A DNA stretch of 63,840 nucleotides, the filler included. It is 12 parts of 12 records of this genome, joined end to end, with 100 filler letters (N's around TTAATTAATTAA, not from the genome) between each part and the next. Parts side by side here need not be neighbours in the genome. Positions count along the whole stretch, not along the records: positions 1 to 9,153 come from SRR11831586_1310; positions 9,254 to 12,181 come from SRR11831586_1316; positions 12,282 to 17,432 come from SRR11831586_1317; 9 more parts are not named here. One strand, written 5' to 3'. Made by a program: the position numbers and the translations under genes. This document shows, piece by piece, positions 1 through 12,507 of this stretch; position 1 is the first letter of the stretch, and the number at the start of each line of letters is the position of its first letter. The notes below the pieces were generated by a model. That model was not told the DNA's origin. It worked only from the letters and a program-made list of their open reading frames with translations, and did not search any database.

Positions 1-66
1 TGATAAGACGCGTCAGCGTCGCATCAGGCAGTTGTTGTCGGATAAGGCGTGAAAGCCTTATCCGTC
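1..66. repeat. REP/BIME palindromes of the malE-malF intergenic region (partial)
   Basis: tgataagacgcgtcagcgtcgcatcaggca followed by cggataaggcgtgaaagccttatccg, matching E. coli REP consensus. Confidence 0.9.
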
Positions 67-86
67 CTGGAATGAGGAAGAACCCC

Positions 87-1631
87 ATGGATGTCATTAA
101 AAAGAAACATTGGTGGCAAAGCGACGCGCTGAAATGGTCAGTGCTAGGTCTGCTCGGCCTGCTGGTGGGTTACCTTGTTGTTTTAATGTACGCACAAGGG
201 GAATACCTGTTCGCCATTACCACGCTGATATTGAGTTCAGCGGGGCTGTATATTTTCGCCAATCGTAAAGCCTACGCCTGGCGCTATGTTTACCCGGGAA
301 TGGCTGGAATGGGATTATTCGTCCTCTTCCCTCTGGTCTGCACCATCGCCATTGCCTTCACCAACTACAGCAGCACTAACCAGCTGACTTTTGAACGTGC
401 GCAGGAAGTGTTGTTAGATCGCTCCTGGCAAGCAGGCAAAACCTATAACTTTGGTCTTTACCCGGCGGGCGATGAGTGGCAACTGGCGCTCAGCGACGGC
501 GAAACCGGCAAAAATTACCTCTCCGACGCTTTTAAATTTGGCGGCGAGCAAAAACTGCAACTGAAAGAAACGACCGCCCAGCCCGAAGGCGAACGCGCGA
601 ATCTGCGCGTGATTACCCAGAATCGTCAGGCGCTGAGTGACATTACCGCCATTCTGCCGGATGGCAACAAAGTGATGATGAGCTCCCTGCGCCAGTTTTC
701 TGGCACGCAGCCGCTCTACACACTCGACGGTGACGGCACGTTGACGAATAATCAGAGCGGCGTGAAATATCGTCCGAATAACCAAATTGGCTTTTACCAG
801 TCCATTACCGCCGACGGCAACTGGGGTGATGAAAAGCTAAGCCCCGGTTACACCGTGACCACCGGCTGGAAAAACTTTACCCGCGTCTTTACCGACGAAG
901 GCATTCAGAAACCGTTCCTCGCCATTTTCGTCTGGACCGTGGTGTTCTCGCTGATCACTGTCTTTTTAACGGTGGCGGTCGGCATGGTTCTGGCGTGTCT
1001 GGTGCAGTGGGAAGCGTTGCGCGGCAAAGCGGTCTATCGCGTCCTGCTGATTCTGCCCTACGCGGTGCCATCGTTCATTTCAATCTTGATTTTCAAAGGG
1101 TTGTTTAACCAGAGCTTCGGTGAAATCAACATGATGTTGAGCGCGCTGTTTGGCGTGAAGCCCGCCTGGTTCAGCGATCCGACCACCGCCCGCACGATGC
1201 TAATTATCGTCAATACCTGGCTGGGTTATCCGTACATGATGATCCTCTGCATGGGCTTGCTGAAAGCGATTCCGGACGATTTGTATGAAGCCTCAGCAAT
1301 GGATGGCGCAGGTCCGTTCCAGAACTTCTTTAAGATTACGCTGCCGCTGCTGATTAAACCGCTGACGCCGCTGATGATCGCCAGCTTCGCCTTTAACTTT
1401 AACAACTTCGTGCTGATTCAACTGTTAACCAACGGCGGCCCGGATCGTCTTGGCACGACCACGCCAGCCGGTTATACCGACCTGCTTGTTAACTACACCT
1501 ACCGCATCGCTTTTGAAGGCGGCGGGGGTCAGGACTTCGGTCTGGCGGCAGCAATTGCCACGCTGATCTTCCTGCTGGTGGGTGCGCTGGCGATAGTGAA
1601 CCTGAAAGCCACGCGAATGAAGTTTGATTAA
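87..1631 (+). CDS. malF: Maltose ABC transporter permease MalF
   Basis: [11 protein letters not shown] start at 87, 514 aa, EAA-like loop ([10 protein letters not shown]). Confidence 0.98.
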
Positions 1632-1645
1632 GGGAGATAACAAAA

Positions 1646-2536
1646 ATGGCAATGGTCCAACCGAAATCGCAAAAAGCTCGTTTATTTATTACTCACCTGC
1701 TACTGCTACTTTTTATCGCAGCGATTATGTTCCCGCTGCTGATGGTCGTCGCTATCTCGCTGCGTCAGGGAAACTTTGCGACCGGCAGCCTGATCCCGGA
1801 GCAAATCTCCTGGGATCACTGGAAACTGGCGTTAGGTTTTAGCGTTGAACAGGCTGATGGTCGCATTACGCCACCGCCATTCCCGGTACTGCTGTGGCTG
1901 TGGAACTCGGTAAAGGTCGCCGGGATTTCCGCGATTGGCATTGTGGCGCTCTCCACCACCTGCGCCTACGCTTTCGCCCGTATGCGCTTTCCAGGCAAAG
2001 CGACGCTGCTGAAAGGAATGCTGATTTTCCAGATGTTCCCGGCAGTACTTTCACTGGTCGCGTTGTATGCGTTGTTTGATCGTCTGGGTGAGTACATTCC
2101 ATTCATTGGCCTGAATACTCACGGCGGCGTAATTTTCGCGTATCTGGGTGGGATTGCGCTGCATGTCTGGACCATCAAAGGCTATTTCGAAACCATCGAC
2201 AGTTCGCTGGAAGAAGCTGCTGCGCTGGATGGTGCGACACCGTGGCAGGCCTTCCGCCTTGTCCTGTTGCCGCTGTCAGTACCGATTCTGGCGGTGGTAT
2301 TCATCCTGTCGTTTATCGCTGCCATTACTGAAGTTCCGGTCGCGTCGCTGTTACTGCGTGACGTAAACAGCTACACCCTGGCCGTGGGGATGCAGCAATA
2401 CCTCAACCCGCAAAACTACCTGTGGGGTGACTTTGCCGCCGCTGCCGTGATGTCTGCATTACCGATCACCATCGTCTTCTTGCTGGCTCAACGCTGGCTG
2501 GTCAACGGCCTGACGGCAGGTGGTGTGAAAGGTTAA
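1646..2536 (+). CDS. malG: Maltose ABC transporter permease MalG
   Basis: 296 aa, [10 protein letters not shown] motif, follows malF. Confidence 0.98.
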
Positions 2537-2606
2537 AGATGTTGTTCTGCCAATGTTATGCCGCTGCACCCTCAACTTACGTTATCCCAACTTGTGACTG
2601 TTATTC

Positions 2607-2631
2607 GGCGCTCCACGGAGCGCCTTTTTTT
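2607..2631 (+). terminator. Intrinsic terminator after malG
   Basis: ggcgctcc-ac-ggagcgcc hairpin followed by a T run. Confidence 0.85.
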
Positions 2632-2907
2632 CTTTCGTCTGCAATCTGAATCGTTCGCCGGTTAATATTTCCATCATAGAGCTTATTATTTTTACGTTAT
2701 TTGTTTTCCCACTTACGATAATTCTCTTTCGTGCTCTGAGTCACGGCAATAGTATTGTTTTTATCAATTTTGGATAATTATCACAATTAAGATCACAGAA
2801 AAGACATTACGTAAACGCATTGTAAAAAATGATAATTGCCTTAACTGCCTGACAATTCCAACATCAATGCACTGATAAAAGATCAGAATGGTCTAAGGCA
2901 GGTCTGA

Positions 2908-4383
2908 ATGAATACCCAGTATAATTCCAGTTATATATTTTCGATTACCTTAGTCGCTACATTAGGTGGTTTATTATTTGGCTACGACACCGCCGTTATT
3001 TCCGGTACTGTTGAGTCACTCAATACCGTCTTTGTTGCTCCACAAAACTTAAGTGAATCCGCTGCCAACTCCCTGTTAGGGTTTTGCGTGGCCAGCGCTC
3101 TGATTGGTTGCATCATCGGCGGTGCCCTCGGTGGTTATTGCAGTAACCGCTTCGGTCGTCGTGATTCACTTAAGATTGCTGCTGTCCTGTTTTTTATTTC
3201 TGGTGTAGGTTCTGCCTGGCCAGAACTTGGTTTTACCTCTATAAACCCGGACAACACTGTGCCTGTTTATCTGGCAGGTTATGTCCCGGAATTTGTTATT
3301 TATCGCATTATTGGCGGTATTGGCGTTGGTTTAGCCTCAATGCTCTCGCCAATGTATATTGCGGAACTGGCTCCAGCTCATATTCGCGGGAAACTGGTCT
3401 CTTTTAACCAGTTTGCGATTATTTTCGGGCAACTTTTAGTTTACTGCGTAAACTATTTTATTGCCCGTTCCGGTGATGCCAGCTGGCTGAATACTGACGG
3501 CTGGCGTTATATGTTTGCCTCGGAATGTATCCCTGCACTGCTGTTCTTAATGCTGCTGTATACCGTGCCAGAAAGTCCTCGCTGGCTGATGTCGCGCGGC
3601 AAGCAAGAACAGGCGGAAGGTATCCTGCGCAAAATTATGGGCAACACGCTTGCAACTCAGGCAGTACAGGAAATTAAACACTCCCTGGATCATGGCCGCA
3701 AAACCGGTGGTCGTCTGCTGATGTTTGGCGTGGGCGTGATTGTAATCGGCGTAATGCTCTCCATCTTCCAGCAATTTGTCGGCATCAATGTGGTGCTGTA
3801 CTACGCGCCGGAAGTGTTCAAAACGCTGGGGGCCAGCACGGATATCGCGCTGTTGCAGACCATTATTGTCGGAGTTATCAACCTCACCTTCACCGTTCTG
3901 GCAATTATGACGGTGGATAAATTTGGTCGTAAGCCACTGCAAATTATCGGCGCACTCGGAATGGCAATCGGTATGTTTAGCCTCGGTACCGCGTTTTACA
4001 CTCAGGCACCGGGTATTGTGGCGCTACTGTCGATGCTGTTCTATGTTGCCGCCTTTGCCATGTCCTGGGGTCCGGTATGCTGGGTACTGCTGTCGGAAAT
4101 CTTCCCGAATGCTATTCGTGGTAAAGCGCTGGCAATCGCGGTGGCGGCCCAGTGGCTGGCGAACTACTTCGTCTCCTGGACCTTCCCGATGATGGACAAA
4201 AACTCCTGGCTGGTGGCCCATTTCCACAACGGTTTCTCCTACTGGATTTACGGTTGTATGGGCGTTCTGGCAGCACTGTTTATGTGGAAATTTGTCCCGG
4301 AAACCAAAGGTAAAACCCTTGAGGAGCTGGAAGCGCTCTGGGAACCGGAAACGAAGAAAACACAACAAACTGCTACGCTGTAA
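2908..4383 (+). CDS. xylE: D-xylose:H+ symporter (MFS sugar porter)
   Basis: 491 aa, GGLLFGYD, PESPRWL and PETKG motifs. Confidence 0.98.
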   Translation: MNTQYNSSYIFSITLVATLGGLLFGYDTAVISGTVESLNTVFVAPQNLSESAANSLLGFCVASALIGCIIGGALGGYCSNRFGRRDSLKIAAVLFFISGVGSAWPELGFTSINPDNTVPVYLAGYVPEFVIYRIIGGIGVGLASMLSPMYIAELAPAHIRGKLVSFNQFAIIFGQLLVYCVNYFIARSGDASWLNTDGWRYMFASECIPALLFLMLLYTVPESPRWLMSRGKQEQAEGILRKIMGNTLATQAVQEIKHSLDHGRKTGGRLLMFGVGVIVIGVMLSIFQQFVGINVVLYYAPEVFKTLGASTDIALLQTIIVGVINLTFTVLAIMTVDKFGRKPLQIIGALGMAIGMFSLGTAFYTQAPGIVALLSMLFYVAAFAMSWGPVCWVLLSEIFPNAIRGKALAIAVAAQWLANYFVSWTFPMMDKNSWLVAHFHNGFSYWIYGCMGVLAALFMWKFVPETKGKTLEELEALWEPETKKTQQTATL

Positions 4384-4426
4384 TCTTCCTGTCCAGCACG
4401 CCGCGCCATTTCGGCGTGCTGACTTT

Positions 4427-4837
4427 TTACTCCCGCTTCAGCCGTTTCGAATTACACAGCCACAGGGTGATCACCAGTAACAGGATCGCAGCCGAGTAGA
4501 TCAACACATCCAGTGGCGATTTATGATCGACGATGATCAAGCGCACAATGGCGGTGATCCCAATATAGACAAAGTAACGTAGCGGGAAGTGAAAACCGGA
4601 CTGAAAGTACTTCACAATCAGCGCGATAAATTCGAAATAGAGAAAGTAAACCACCAGTCCTTCTACCAGCTCATATTTGCTGGTTTGTTCTGGCGCGAAC
4701 AGCACATCAGCCAGATGCACCGTTTCTTTGCCGAGGAAGACAACCAAAATCAGGCCGAGGCACAGCAGGCCAAGATTGAGTACGGTCTGCAAAATGGTGG
4801 AGATAAACTCCACGCGCGGACGAGAGAGTGACGTCAT
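4427..4837 (-). CDS. psiE: Phosphate-starvation-inducible membrane protein PsiE
   Basis: 136 aa, [14 protein letters not shown] motif, synteny with xylE. Confidence 0.95.
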
Positions 4838-4968
4838 AGCAGTACCTCCTTCACAGTGGCGAGCTTCCTGTATAACGCAAAAATGTGACGGAGATCTATA
4901 TTTTTTGTGTATGTTTTGTTCAACCTGGATTTGGAGCGCGCCTCCACCAAAGCCGGATATACCTACCC

Positions 4969-5006
4969 GTAGGCCGGATAAGCCGCGCCTGGCGGCGCAT
5001 CCGGCA
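4969..5006. repeat. REP element
   Basis: gtaggccggataagccgcgcctggcggcgcatccggca. Confidence 0.8.
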
Positions 5007-5106
5007 AGACAAACCGCACCAAAGCCGGTAATTCAAAAATCACCCATTCAGGTGATTCCCAGCCACCAGCAATGCGCGAAAAATCGACAATGTTCCTCTG
5101 GAACAA

Positions 5107-5385
5107 ATGAAACGTAACCTGATAAAGGTGGTAAAAATGAAGCCTTATTTTGCTGCTTTGATGTTATCAGTCTCTGTTCTTCCTGCTTATGCTGGTCCGC
5201 TCGGTACTGCTGATAAAGCCGACCTACCGCAAAGCAATGTCTCCAGCCCAATGATGGCCCAGTCGCTCAGGCAACCAGACCTGCAACCGATATCGACGGA
5301 CAGGAAGACAGAATGTTTTCGCCTTTACACACCAGATCGCAAACCGGGAGTGAACTGCGTTCCTGATGGCTCGACAGGCCATTAA
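5107..5385 (+). CDS. yjbT: Small exported protein YjbT
   Basis: 92 aa with signal-peptide-like N-terminus, position between psiE and yjbH. Confidence 0.8.
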   Translation: MKRNLIKVVKMKPYFAALMLSVSVLPAYAGPLGTADKADLPQSNVSSPMMAQSLRQPDLQPISTDRKTECFRLYTPDRKPGVNCVPDGSTGH

Positions 5386-5431
5386 GAATGAAGGTGCCAG
5401 TGAGTGCGAAAACTGGCACCTTTCCCATGAC

Positions 5432-7528
5432 TTAGCGGAAATTGACGCTACGGTCGCTGGTCATGTCATACAACTGGAACTTACGCCCAAGTTGCTGACC
5501 ACCGTCACGCGTCAGCGGCGTCCAGCCAATCGCCGCACGGCTGCGTGTCGGGCCAGACGAGAAGAGATCCAACGGTACCGAGACATACACGCCTTTGGTG
5601 AAGTCCCCTTCGCCGTACTCCTCTTTCGAAACATTAGTGATCGTGGCATAGCCACCCACCACCACGCCGCTATCAAAGCGTTTGGCGATCTCCAGCGTGC
5701 CGCCTTTATCCCCTGCCAGATACTGCCCGACGCTGGCTTTAACTAACACATCCTGAGCGAAAGATGGCGTCCAGTAGGCGGTCAGATGTCCGGTTTTCAC
5801 GCTGTAGTCGGTGAATTTCATCATATCTTTTGCACTACGCCAGTCGCGCTGTTTAACGTAGTTGGCATCCAGACCAAACGCCCAGTTGCTGTCCAGCGGG
5901 CGATACAACACTTCTGCCCCCGCACCGCCAAACATGGTTTCGAGATAACCACCGTAGACCTGACCGTAGAAGCCGTTGCCCAGATGCTGGAAGTAGTTGG
6001 CTTGCAGGTTATTCACATAGACATCGTTCTGCACATACTCGCGCACATGGGTACGCACGCGCGGTAAGTGCGAGTCCTGCGGAGGATTAGTGTAGTTAAA
6101 CTTGTCGTAGTTGTTGGCAAGATTTGCAAACAGGCTGCCGGTGGTCAGCAGATGGTCCGTCAGCCACAAATCTGCCGTTCCCATCACGCCCAGCTGATAC
6201 ATGTAAAAGTTTTCCGGGCCACCGACCGACTGGTTCAGCACCGGATCGATATGGAAATCAAAGCGTGATTTGTCGATATACCAGCCCTGCTCGGTGGACT
6301 GCGGAACCACTGGCTCGACGCGTTTTTGCGCCAGCGTCGTTTCGTGGCCCAACGGCTCTCCGGCGAGATGATTTTTCAGGCTGGCGACATCGGTTTCCGT
6401 CGTCACCTGCGGCATGTTAAGGCGATTTTCCGTAATGCGGATCGTTTTGATCCCATCCGGCAGATCGTTCATCACGATCCGATTCGCACGGATGATCCCT
6501 TCGCGCGAATCACGATATTTCACCTGCTCGCCGGTAACATACAGCGTATCGCCTTTCGCCTGGATCTGTGGATCGGCAAGTCCGGCATTGTATTTCAACA
6601 GCGTTAACTGATTCGCCACCACCGAATGCTGCAAAATGGCATCCTGCGGCTGCGGTTGATATTGCGGGCGGGCGTTATCGTTGTAAGACGGGCGCAGATC
6701 GTTAAAGTTGGTGCGCAACGTAACGCCAAACATAAAGGTGTTGCCACGTTCATAGCTAAGGTTAACGTCGGCCCAATCGGTAACGCGATAAATCGCACCG
6801 ACGTTAAACTTACTTTTTTGCTCCAGCTTCCCGGCAAAATCCTGCTGATAATTATTGCCTTCATACTCCAGTTTCAGGCGCAGCGGTTGCCAGGGCGTCT
6901 GGTATTCCACGCCGCCAAACAGTGAGGCAGGACCGTGGAACATCTGGCTACCGTCGATAGATCCCGCCTGTTTGTAGCTGTTATCGCGATAGCAATATTT
7001 ATCACTGGCTGAACAGAGCGGATTTTTCACATTACCGCTGGTGCCCAAATACCCCCAGCCCAGGCCGAGCGTAAAATCGAACGGCCCCCAGGCTTTGCTG
7101 GCAACAAGATATTCCGCATCAAACAGCCCCGTACCGCCGATATCCCGCGCACCAACCGCCACTTGCGGCAGCCAGTAACTCTCTTCCCACAAACGCAGTT
7201 TGAGATCGAAGGCTTTATCTTTATACGTTTGATCGCCAGAGAACGCTTCGACGCTGCTGTACTGCCGGGTGCGCACGTCGGTGTAGCGCAGCGTTGTTTC
7301 CAGCCACGGGAAGAGTTGCACTGAAGCTGAGTAATAACGGTACTGATCGTTATCGCGATAGTTCAGACTCAACTCCCCTTCCCGTGCCATACGCGCGGTG
7401 GGCGTTTGTAATAATCCTACGCCACCGAAATCCGACTGCGACGGACCAATGGGCGCAGGATATGTTTCGCCGTAGCAAGCTGTGCTAATGCCCAGCGCCA
7501 GTAAGCTAAGCAGATGTCTTTTTTTCAT
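5432..7528 (-). CDS. yjbH: YjbH outer-membrane exopolysaccharide protein (GfcD family)
   Basis: 698 aa, [18 protein letters not shown] motif. Confidence 0.95.
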   Translation of the reverse strand: MKKRHLLSLLALGISTACYGETYPAPIGPSQSDFGGVGLLQTPTARMAREGELSLNYRDNDQYRYYSASVQLFPWLETTLRYTDVRTRQYSSVEAFSGDQTYKDKAFDLKLRLWEESYWLPQVAVGARDIGGTGLFDAEYLVASKAWGPFDFTLGLGWGYLGTSGNVKNPLCSASDKYCYRDNSYKQAGSIDGSQMFHGPASLFGGVEYQTPWQPLRLKLEYEGNNYQQDFAGKLEQKSKFNVGAIYRVTDWADVNLSYERGNTFMFGVTLRTNFNDLRPSYNDNARPQYQPQPQDAILQHSVVANQLTLLKYNAGLADPQIQAKGDTLYVTGEQVKYRDSREGIIRANRIVMNDLPDGIKTIRITENRLNMPQVTTETDVASLKNHLAGEPLGHETTLAQKRVEPVVPQSTEQGWYIDKSRFDFHIDPVLNQSVGGPENFYMYQLGVMGTADLWLTDHLLTTGSLFANLANNYDKFNYTNPPQDSHLPRVRTHVREYVQNDVYVNNLQANYFQHLGNGFYGQVYGGYLETMFGGAGAEVLYRPLDSNWAFGLDANYVKQRDWRSAKDMMKFTDYSVKTGHLTAYWTPSFAQDVLVKASVGQYLAGDKGGTLEIAKRFDSGVVVGGYATITNVSKEEYGEGDFTKGVYVSVPLDLFSSGPTRSRAAIGWTPLTRDGGQQLGRKFQLYDMTSDRSVNFR

Positions 7529-8265
7529 TATTGAGGTATCCGCTGCGTCAGAGTCTGAAGAATGTCGGCGTTAAGGGCATCAGGCGTCTCACTCCAGACG
7601 GAGTCCGCGAGGCCAACATAAATAATGCTGCCGGGCATCGGCTCTACGTGACGCTTGTTCCAGTAAGCCACCGGCGCTTTTTGCGTGCGTCCGTCCGGGT
7701 AAACCACCCACGCGTAGCTGCGATCCGCACCGCTGAGCAGGCTCTGGTCAGAGAGATAGCTCGCCACGTCGCGACCTGGAGTGAATGGCTGCTTGCCAGG
7801 ACGGCTGATAAGCCCGAACAACGTGACCGTGGACGGCGGTGGTCCGACCCACAGCGTGTAGTTGCCCTGCAACGGCGGGTTACCGCGTTCGGCAACGCGG
7901 ACGATATCGGGATCAAGATTGATTTTTTGCCTGCCCGTCACTTTCAACGCCTGAATTTGCTGGCGTAAGGCGTTAATCGCAGCGGCATCGTCGGCGCTGG
8001 AATCTGCGCCCTGTTCTGCCAGCCGTGTCAGCAACGCCTGCTGCTGACGCAATGCTGCCGCCGTTGCCAGCTCTTCGCTAATCACCGCACCGGGCCACCA
8101 GCTGTTTGCCAGCCGCGGTTGGCCTACCAGATCGATTAAATGCTCTGCGCCCGTTAGCGTTTTGGCCTCACTGCTGCCATTGCTGAACACCTTGACGGTT
8201 CCTGCCGCGAAGACCGATGACGCTCCCACACTCAAAAGCAACGCGACAATAGTTTGTTTAATCAT
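7528..8265 (-). CDS. yjbG: YjbG capsule biosynthesis protein (GfcC family)
   Basis: [10 protein letters not shown] start at 8265, 245 aa, operon order. Confidence 0.93.
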   Translation of the reverse strand: MIKQTIVALLLSVGASSVFAAGTVKVFSNGSSEAKTLTGAEHLIDLVGQPRLANSWWPGAVISEELATAAALRQQQALLTRLAEQGADSSADDAAAINALRQQIQALKVTGRQKINLDPDIVRVAERGNPPLQGNYTLWVGPPPSTVTLFGLISRPGKQPFTPGRDVASYLSDQSLLSGADRSYAWVVYPDGRTQKAPVAYWNKRHVEPMPGSIIYVGLADSVWSETPDALNADILQTLTQRIPQ

Positions 8266-8900
8266 TGTTTTGCCGCCTTGATGAGAGTGGTTTTCACCGG
8301 AAAATAATCCGCGCCGAGATACTGTTCCGACTGGCGAATTTGCCCTTCGCTGTCGATCCAATAGCGGTTATGCCAGCGCGCCTGGTCGGTGGAGACTTCT
8401 TCGTCCAGCACGCGAACCGGGGTTTCATCGCTGCCGACTTTGACGGTATCGGTGCCATCCCATTTGAAGACTGAGCGTGCGGTGGCGTAGCGTACCTGCT
8501 GGTACTCGGTCCAGCCCATCGTGCGCGTCCAGCTTGCGCCATCAACGATTTGTGCGGGTTTAATCAGCGGGTCGGCAGCAAGGTTATTCACTTCAATCAG
8601 GTTGTCGCCGCCGAGCAGAGTCTTCACCAGACGGCCATGTTGGGTAACGAGAGTAGCCTGATCCTGAGTGACCCATTTTTGTTGTCCGTCTTCAGCGAAG
8701 GCCAGCACCACAAATAACTGCGGCCCGCCATTAAGCTGCATGTACTGGCTGGCGTAGGGCATATTTTGAATATCATCATCCGTCAGCTGTACGCCTGGCG
8801 TGCCGAACAGACTGTCCCACAGTGAATTGCCCAGCTCTTTAGTCGTGGCTGAACAGGCCTGTAATAACAGGCAGATAAGAATGAGTGCAGGTCGCTTCAC
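8262..8900 (-). CDS. yjbF: YjbF lipoprotein (GfcB family)
   Basis: GTG start at 8900, lipobox LQAC. Confidence 0.93.
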   Translation of the reverse strand: MKRPALILICLLLQACSATTKELGNSLWDSLFGTPGVQLTDDDIQNMPYASQYMQLNGGPQLFVVLAFAEDGQQKWVTQDQATLVTQHGRLVKTLLGGDNLIEVNNLAADPLIKPAQIVDGASWTRTMGWTEYQQVRYATARSVFKWDGTDTVKVGSDETPVRVLDEEVSTDQARWHNRYWIDSEGQIRQSEQYLGADYFPVKTTLIKAAKQ

Positions 8901-9013
8901 GACTCTTCTCCAGAGGGGCAGAATAACCACACCGGAGTGTGGTTATGGTTAATCCCTTCATACTTCTAGCCACAGATGCAATGACTCGAATTATTTTGGG
9001 GATACATACTTTA

Positions 9014-9153
9014 TTACTGGGTACTGGTGGTCGTGGTTGTGGTGGTCCCGGTATTAGAACCATCACCGCCACCGGTTGCCGCAAGCGCGACACCCACCGC
9101 CGAGCTTACGGTGCTGACGCTGGTCGCGGAGGAACTCCCCGCCGAAACCGACG
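9014..9153 (-). CDS. yjbE: YjbE Thr-rich protein, 3' part (cut at contig end)
   Basis: Minus frame ends ...[17 protein letters not shown]. Confidence 0.85.
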
Positions 9154-9253
9154 NNNNNNNNNNNNNNNNNNNNNNNNNNNNNNNNNNNNNNNNNNNNTTA
9201 ATTAATTAANNNNNNNNNNNNNNNNNNNNNNNNNNNNNNNNNNNNNNNNNNNN
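9154..9253. other. Artificial contig spacer; identical spacers at 12182-12281, 17433-17532, 30439-30538, 33385-33484, 41799-41898, 44323-44422, 48975-49074, 51272-51371, 58668-58767, 61737-61836
   Basis: N44-TTAATTAATTAA-N44, giving stops in all six frames; genes are cut at the spacers. Confidence 0.99.
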
Positions 9254-9773
9254 CTTCACGCAGGCGATAGGCAGAAAGCCGGGAAAGATCGACGGAAATG
9301 ACGGGAAGATTATCCAGATACGGACTTTTACGAAACATCTTGCGAGCTTCCGGCCAGGTACCATCGAGCATGATAAACAGCGGTGGCTTACCGGCAGGTG
9401 GTGTGAAGATCACTTCCCGTTGCTCATCAGCATACGAAGCGGGAAAGACCACCATTGGCTGATAGTCCGGGTTTTGCACCAACTCCAGCAAATCCTGCGA
9501 GGGTTCGGTACGCGACCATTGAAACGCAACGGTATCAGGCAAAATATCAGCAATGAGACGCCCGGTATTACTGGGCTTCATTGGCTCGGTGTCGAACATC
9601 AGCAAACAGAAGCGACTTTTTGCTTGTGCTGGGGTAATTGTCGAACAGAGACATAATTTCTCTGGCAAAAGACAGCGTTGGCAGCGACGAACGCGATTAC
9701 CGCGGGCAAGAAAAGGACGTGTTGCGCGCGCAATACGCTCGGCGCGTAACTGGAGAACAGCGTTTTCGGTCAT
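9254..9773 (-). CDS. tapT: tRNA-uridine aminocarboxypropyltransferase (DTW domain), 5' part
   Basis: MTENAVLQ start, LDGTW motif, adjacent to trxC. Confidence 0.93.
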
Positions 9774-9841
9774 AAGAGAGCGTCGAAAAAACGCCATTGT
9801 CGCAGAGGAGAAAACGGGGCACAAGATGCGCCCCGGTAAGA

Positions 9842-10261
9842 TTAAAGAGATTCGTTCAGCCAGCTATCGAACGGCGCTTTCGGTACTGCGCCATTAAGCA
9901 TGTCGACAACCTGACCGTTTTTGAAAATCATGATCGTCGGTATACTACGAATTCCAAAGCGACTGCTCAATTCACGTTCAGCTTCGGTATTCACTTTCAC
10001 AAAGCGCACTTTACCGCTACGCTCTTGCGCGACATCTTCAAAAATTGGTGCGAAATTACGGCAGGGGCCGCACCACGGTGCCCAGAAGTCGATCACCACA
10101 GGTAGATCATCCTTCAGCAATTTGTCGAGTGTTTCACCGGTCGCATTAATCACCTCTCCGTCAAACAAGTCGTGACCGCAGCGTCCGCATTTTGCCGCAT
10201 CTTCGATCCGATCGTCGGGAATGCGATTGATGGCCTGACAATGGGTACAAACGGTATTCAT
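9842..10261 (-). CDS. trxC: Thioredoxin 2
   Basis: Two N-terminal CxxC motifs plus WCGPC, 139 aa. Confidence 0.98.
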
Positions 10262-10467
10262 AACTAACCTCGGGATGAGTAAGGAGACTTATCGGCAACG
10301 ACGCCGGTATGTTTCTAATATGTTACATATTATCGGGGACATTGTTCCAGACAACAATCTGTTTTATTCAATAGGTATGATAGTCGCAGGCTTTGGTACG
10401 AAATCATGGCGAACCGCGCGGACTTCGGGTAATCTGCGCGCTTCGCGCAGCGCTGGTGGAGAAAAGC

Positions 10468-11505
10468 ATGAACGATGAAATGAAAGGTAAAAGCGGCAAG
10501 GTCAAAGTGATGTATGTCCGCAGTGATGATGATTCTGATAAACGTACCCACAACCCGCGTACCGGGAAAGGGGGCGGGCGTCCAGGAAAATCTCGTGCTG
10601 ACGGTGGCCGTCGCCCCGCCCGCGATGACAAACAGAGTCAGCCCCGTGACCGCAAGTGGGAAGATTCGCCGTGGCGCACGGTTTCCCGCGCGCCGGGTGA
10701 TGAGACGCCGGAAAAGGCCGATCACGGTGGCATCAGTGGTAAAAGTTTTATTGATCCGGAAGTGTTGCGTCGTCAGCGTGCGGAAGAAACCCGCGTCTAC
10801 GGCGAAAATGCATGTCAGGCACTTTTCCAGAGCCGTCCGGAAGCGATTGTTCGCGCCTGGTTTATCCAGAGTGTAACGCCGCGTTTTAAAGAAGCTTTGC
10901 GCTGGATGGCAGCAAACCGCAAAGCGTACCATGTGGTGGATGAAGCGGAATTGACAAAAGCGTCAGGCACGGAACATCACGGCGGCGTTTGCTTCTTGAT
11001 CAAAAAGCGTAACGGTACAACCGTGCAGCAGTGGGTAAGCCAGGCAGGCGCGCAGGATTGCGTTCTGGCACTGGAAAACGAATCTAACCCGCATAACCTG
11101 GGTGGCATGATGCGCAGCTGCGCGCACTTCGGCGTGAAAGGTGTCGTGGTGCAGGATGCGGCACTGCTGGAGTCGGGGGCGGCTATCCGTACCGCAGAAG
11201 GCGGCGCAGAGCACGTTCAGCCGATTACTGGCGACAACATTGTTAACGTGCTGGATGATTTCCGTCAGGCAGGTTACACCGTAGTGACCACTTCCAGCGA
11301 GCAGGGTAAACCGCTGTTCAAAACTAGTCTGCCAGCGAAAATGGTACTGGTGCTGGGTCAGGAATATGAAGGGTTACCGGATGCCGCACGCGATCCGAAC
11401 GATCTGCGCGTGAAGATTGACGGTACGGGCAACGTTGCCGGGCTGAATATCTCTGTCGCAACCGGCGTTTTGCTTGGTGAATGGTGGCGTCAGAATAAAG
11501 CCTGA
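10468..11505 (+). CDS. yfiF: SpoU/TrmH-family RNA methyltransferase YfiF
   Basis: MNDEMKGK start, PHNLGG, LGQEYEG and LNISVA SPOUT motifs. Confidence 0.95.
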
Positions 11506-11552
11506 TAAATCAGCCGGGTGGCAACTCTGCCATCCGGCATTTCCCCGCAAAT

Positions 11553-12181
11553 TTACTCACTCTCTGCCGGTAATACTGGCATCCAGTCAATCGGCGTCTC
11601 GCCACGTTGTTCCAGCCACTGATTTGCCAGCACAAAATGGTTGCAGCCAAAGAATCCACGATGCGCCGAAAGCGGCGACGGATGCGGTGCTTTCAGTACA
11701 TGATGGCGTTGCTTATCTATAATCGCCCCTTTCTTTTGCGCATGCGATCCCCACAACAAAAACACCACGCCTTCGCGATGCTGGTTAATCAGGCTGATCA
11801 CTTTATCGGTGAAGGTTTCCCAGCCGAGGCTGGCGTGGGAATGCGCCTGACCTGCGCGTACCGTCAACACAGTATTGAGTAGCAGAACGCCCTGACGCGC
11901 CCAGCTTTCAAGATAACCATGATTAGGGCGGGTGAAGCCCGGAATAGTATTTTCCAGCTCTTTATACATATTCAATAATGACGGAGGAATGGCAATGCCG
12001 GGACGAACGGAAAATGCCAGACCATGCGCCTGTCCCGGTCCGTGATAAGGATCCTGGCCGAGAATCACCACTTTAACGTCACCCAACTCTGTAAAGCGGA
12101 ACGCGTTAAAGACATCTTTTTGTGGTGGGTAGATAGTGACGCCGGACTGCCGCTCGCTGGCGACGGTCTGAAGGGTATTAA
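11553..12181 (-). CDS. ung: Uracil-DNA glycosylase (5' end cut by contig end)
   Basis: GQDPYH and HPSPLS motifs. Confidence 0.98.
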
Positions 12182-12281
12182 NNNNNNNNNNNNNNNNNNN
12201 NNNNNNNNNNNNNNNNNNNNNNNNNTTAATTAATTAANNNNNNNNNNNNNNNNNNNNNNNNNNNNNNNNNNNNNNNNNNNN

Positions 12282-12507
12282 GGGAGCGGAGACGGCGCAT
12301 GCCGGTCATCGCTGTGGCCACGTAGCTCGCCTTTCGGTTCACCACCTCCACCCAGACTTTCACGCCTTCAACCTTCACCGTATAAGTCTCTTTCATCTTG
12401 CTTCGCCCATAGTCGCCATATGTTTGCAAGTGAGCTGCCAGCGCAACATCGCAAGCGCGGCGACCAATAGGTGATTGCTTACTGCGATTAATCAGCTTCA
12501 TCATCAC
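12282..12507 (-). CDS. DUF4060-family phage protein (3' end cut)
   Basis: VEVV and SYVAT motifs. Confidence 0.75.
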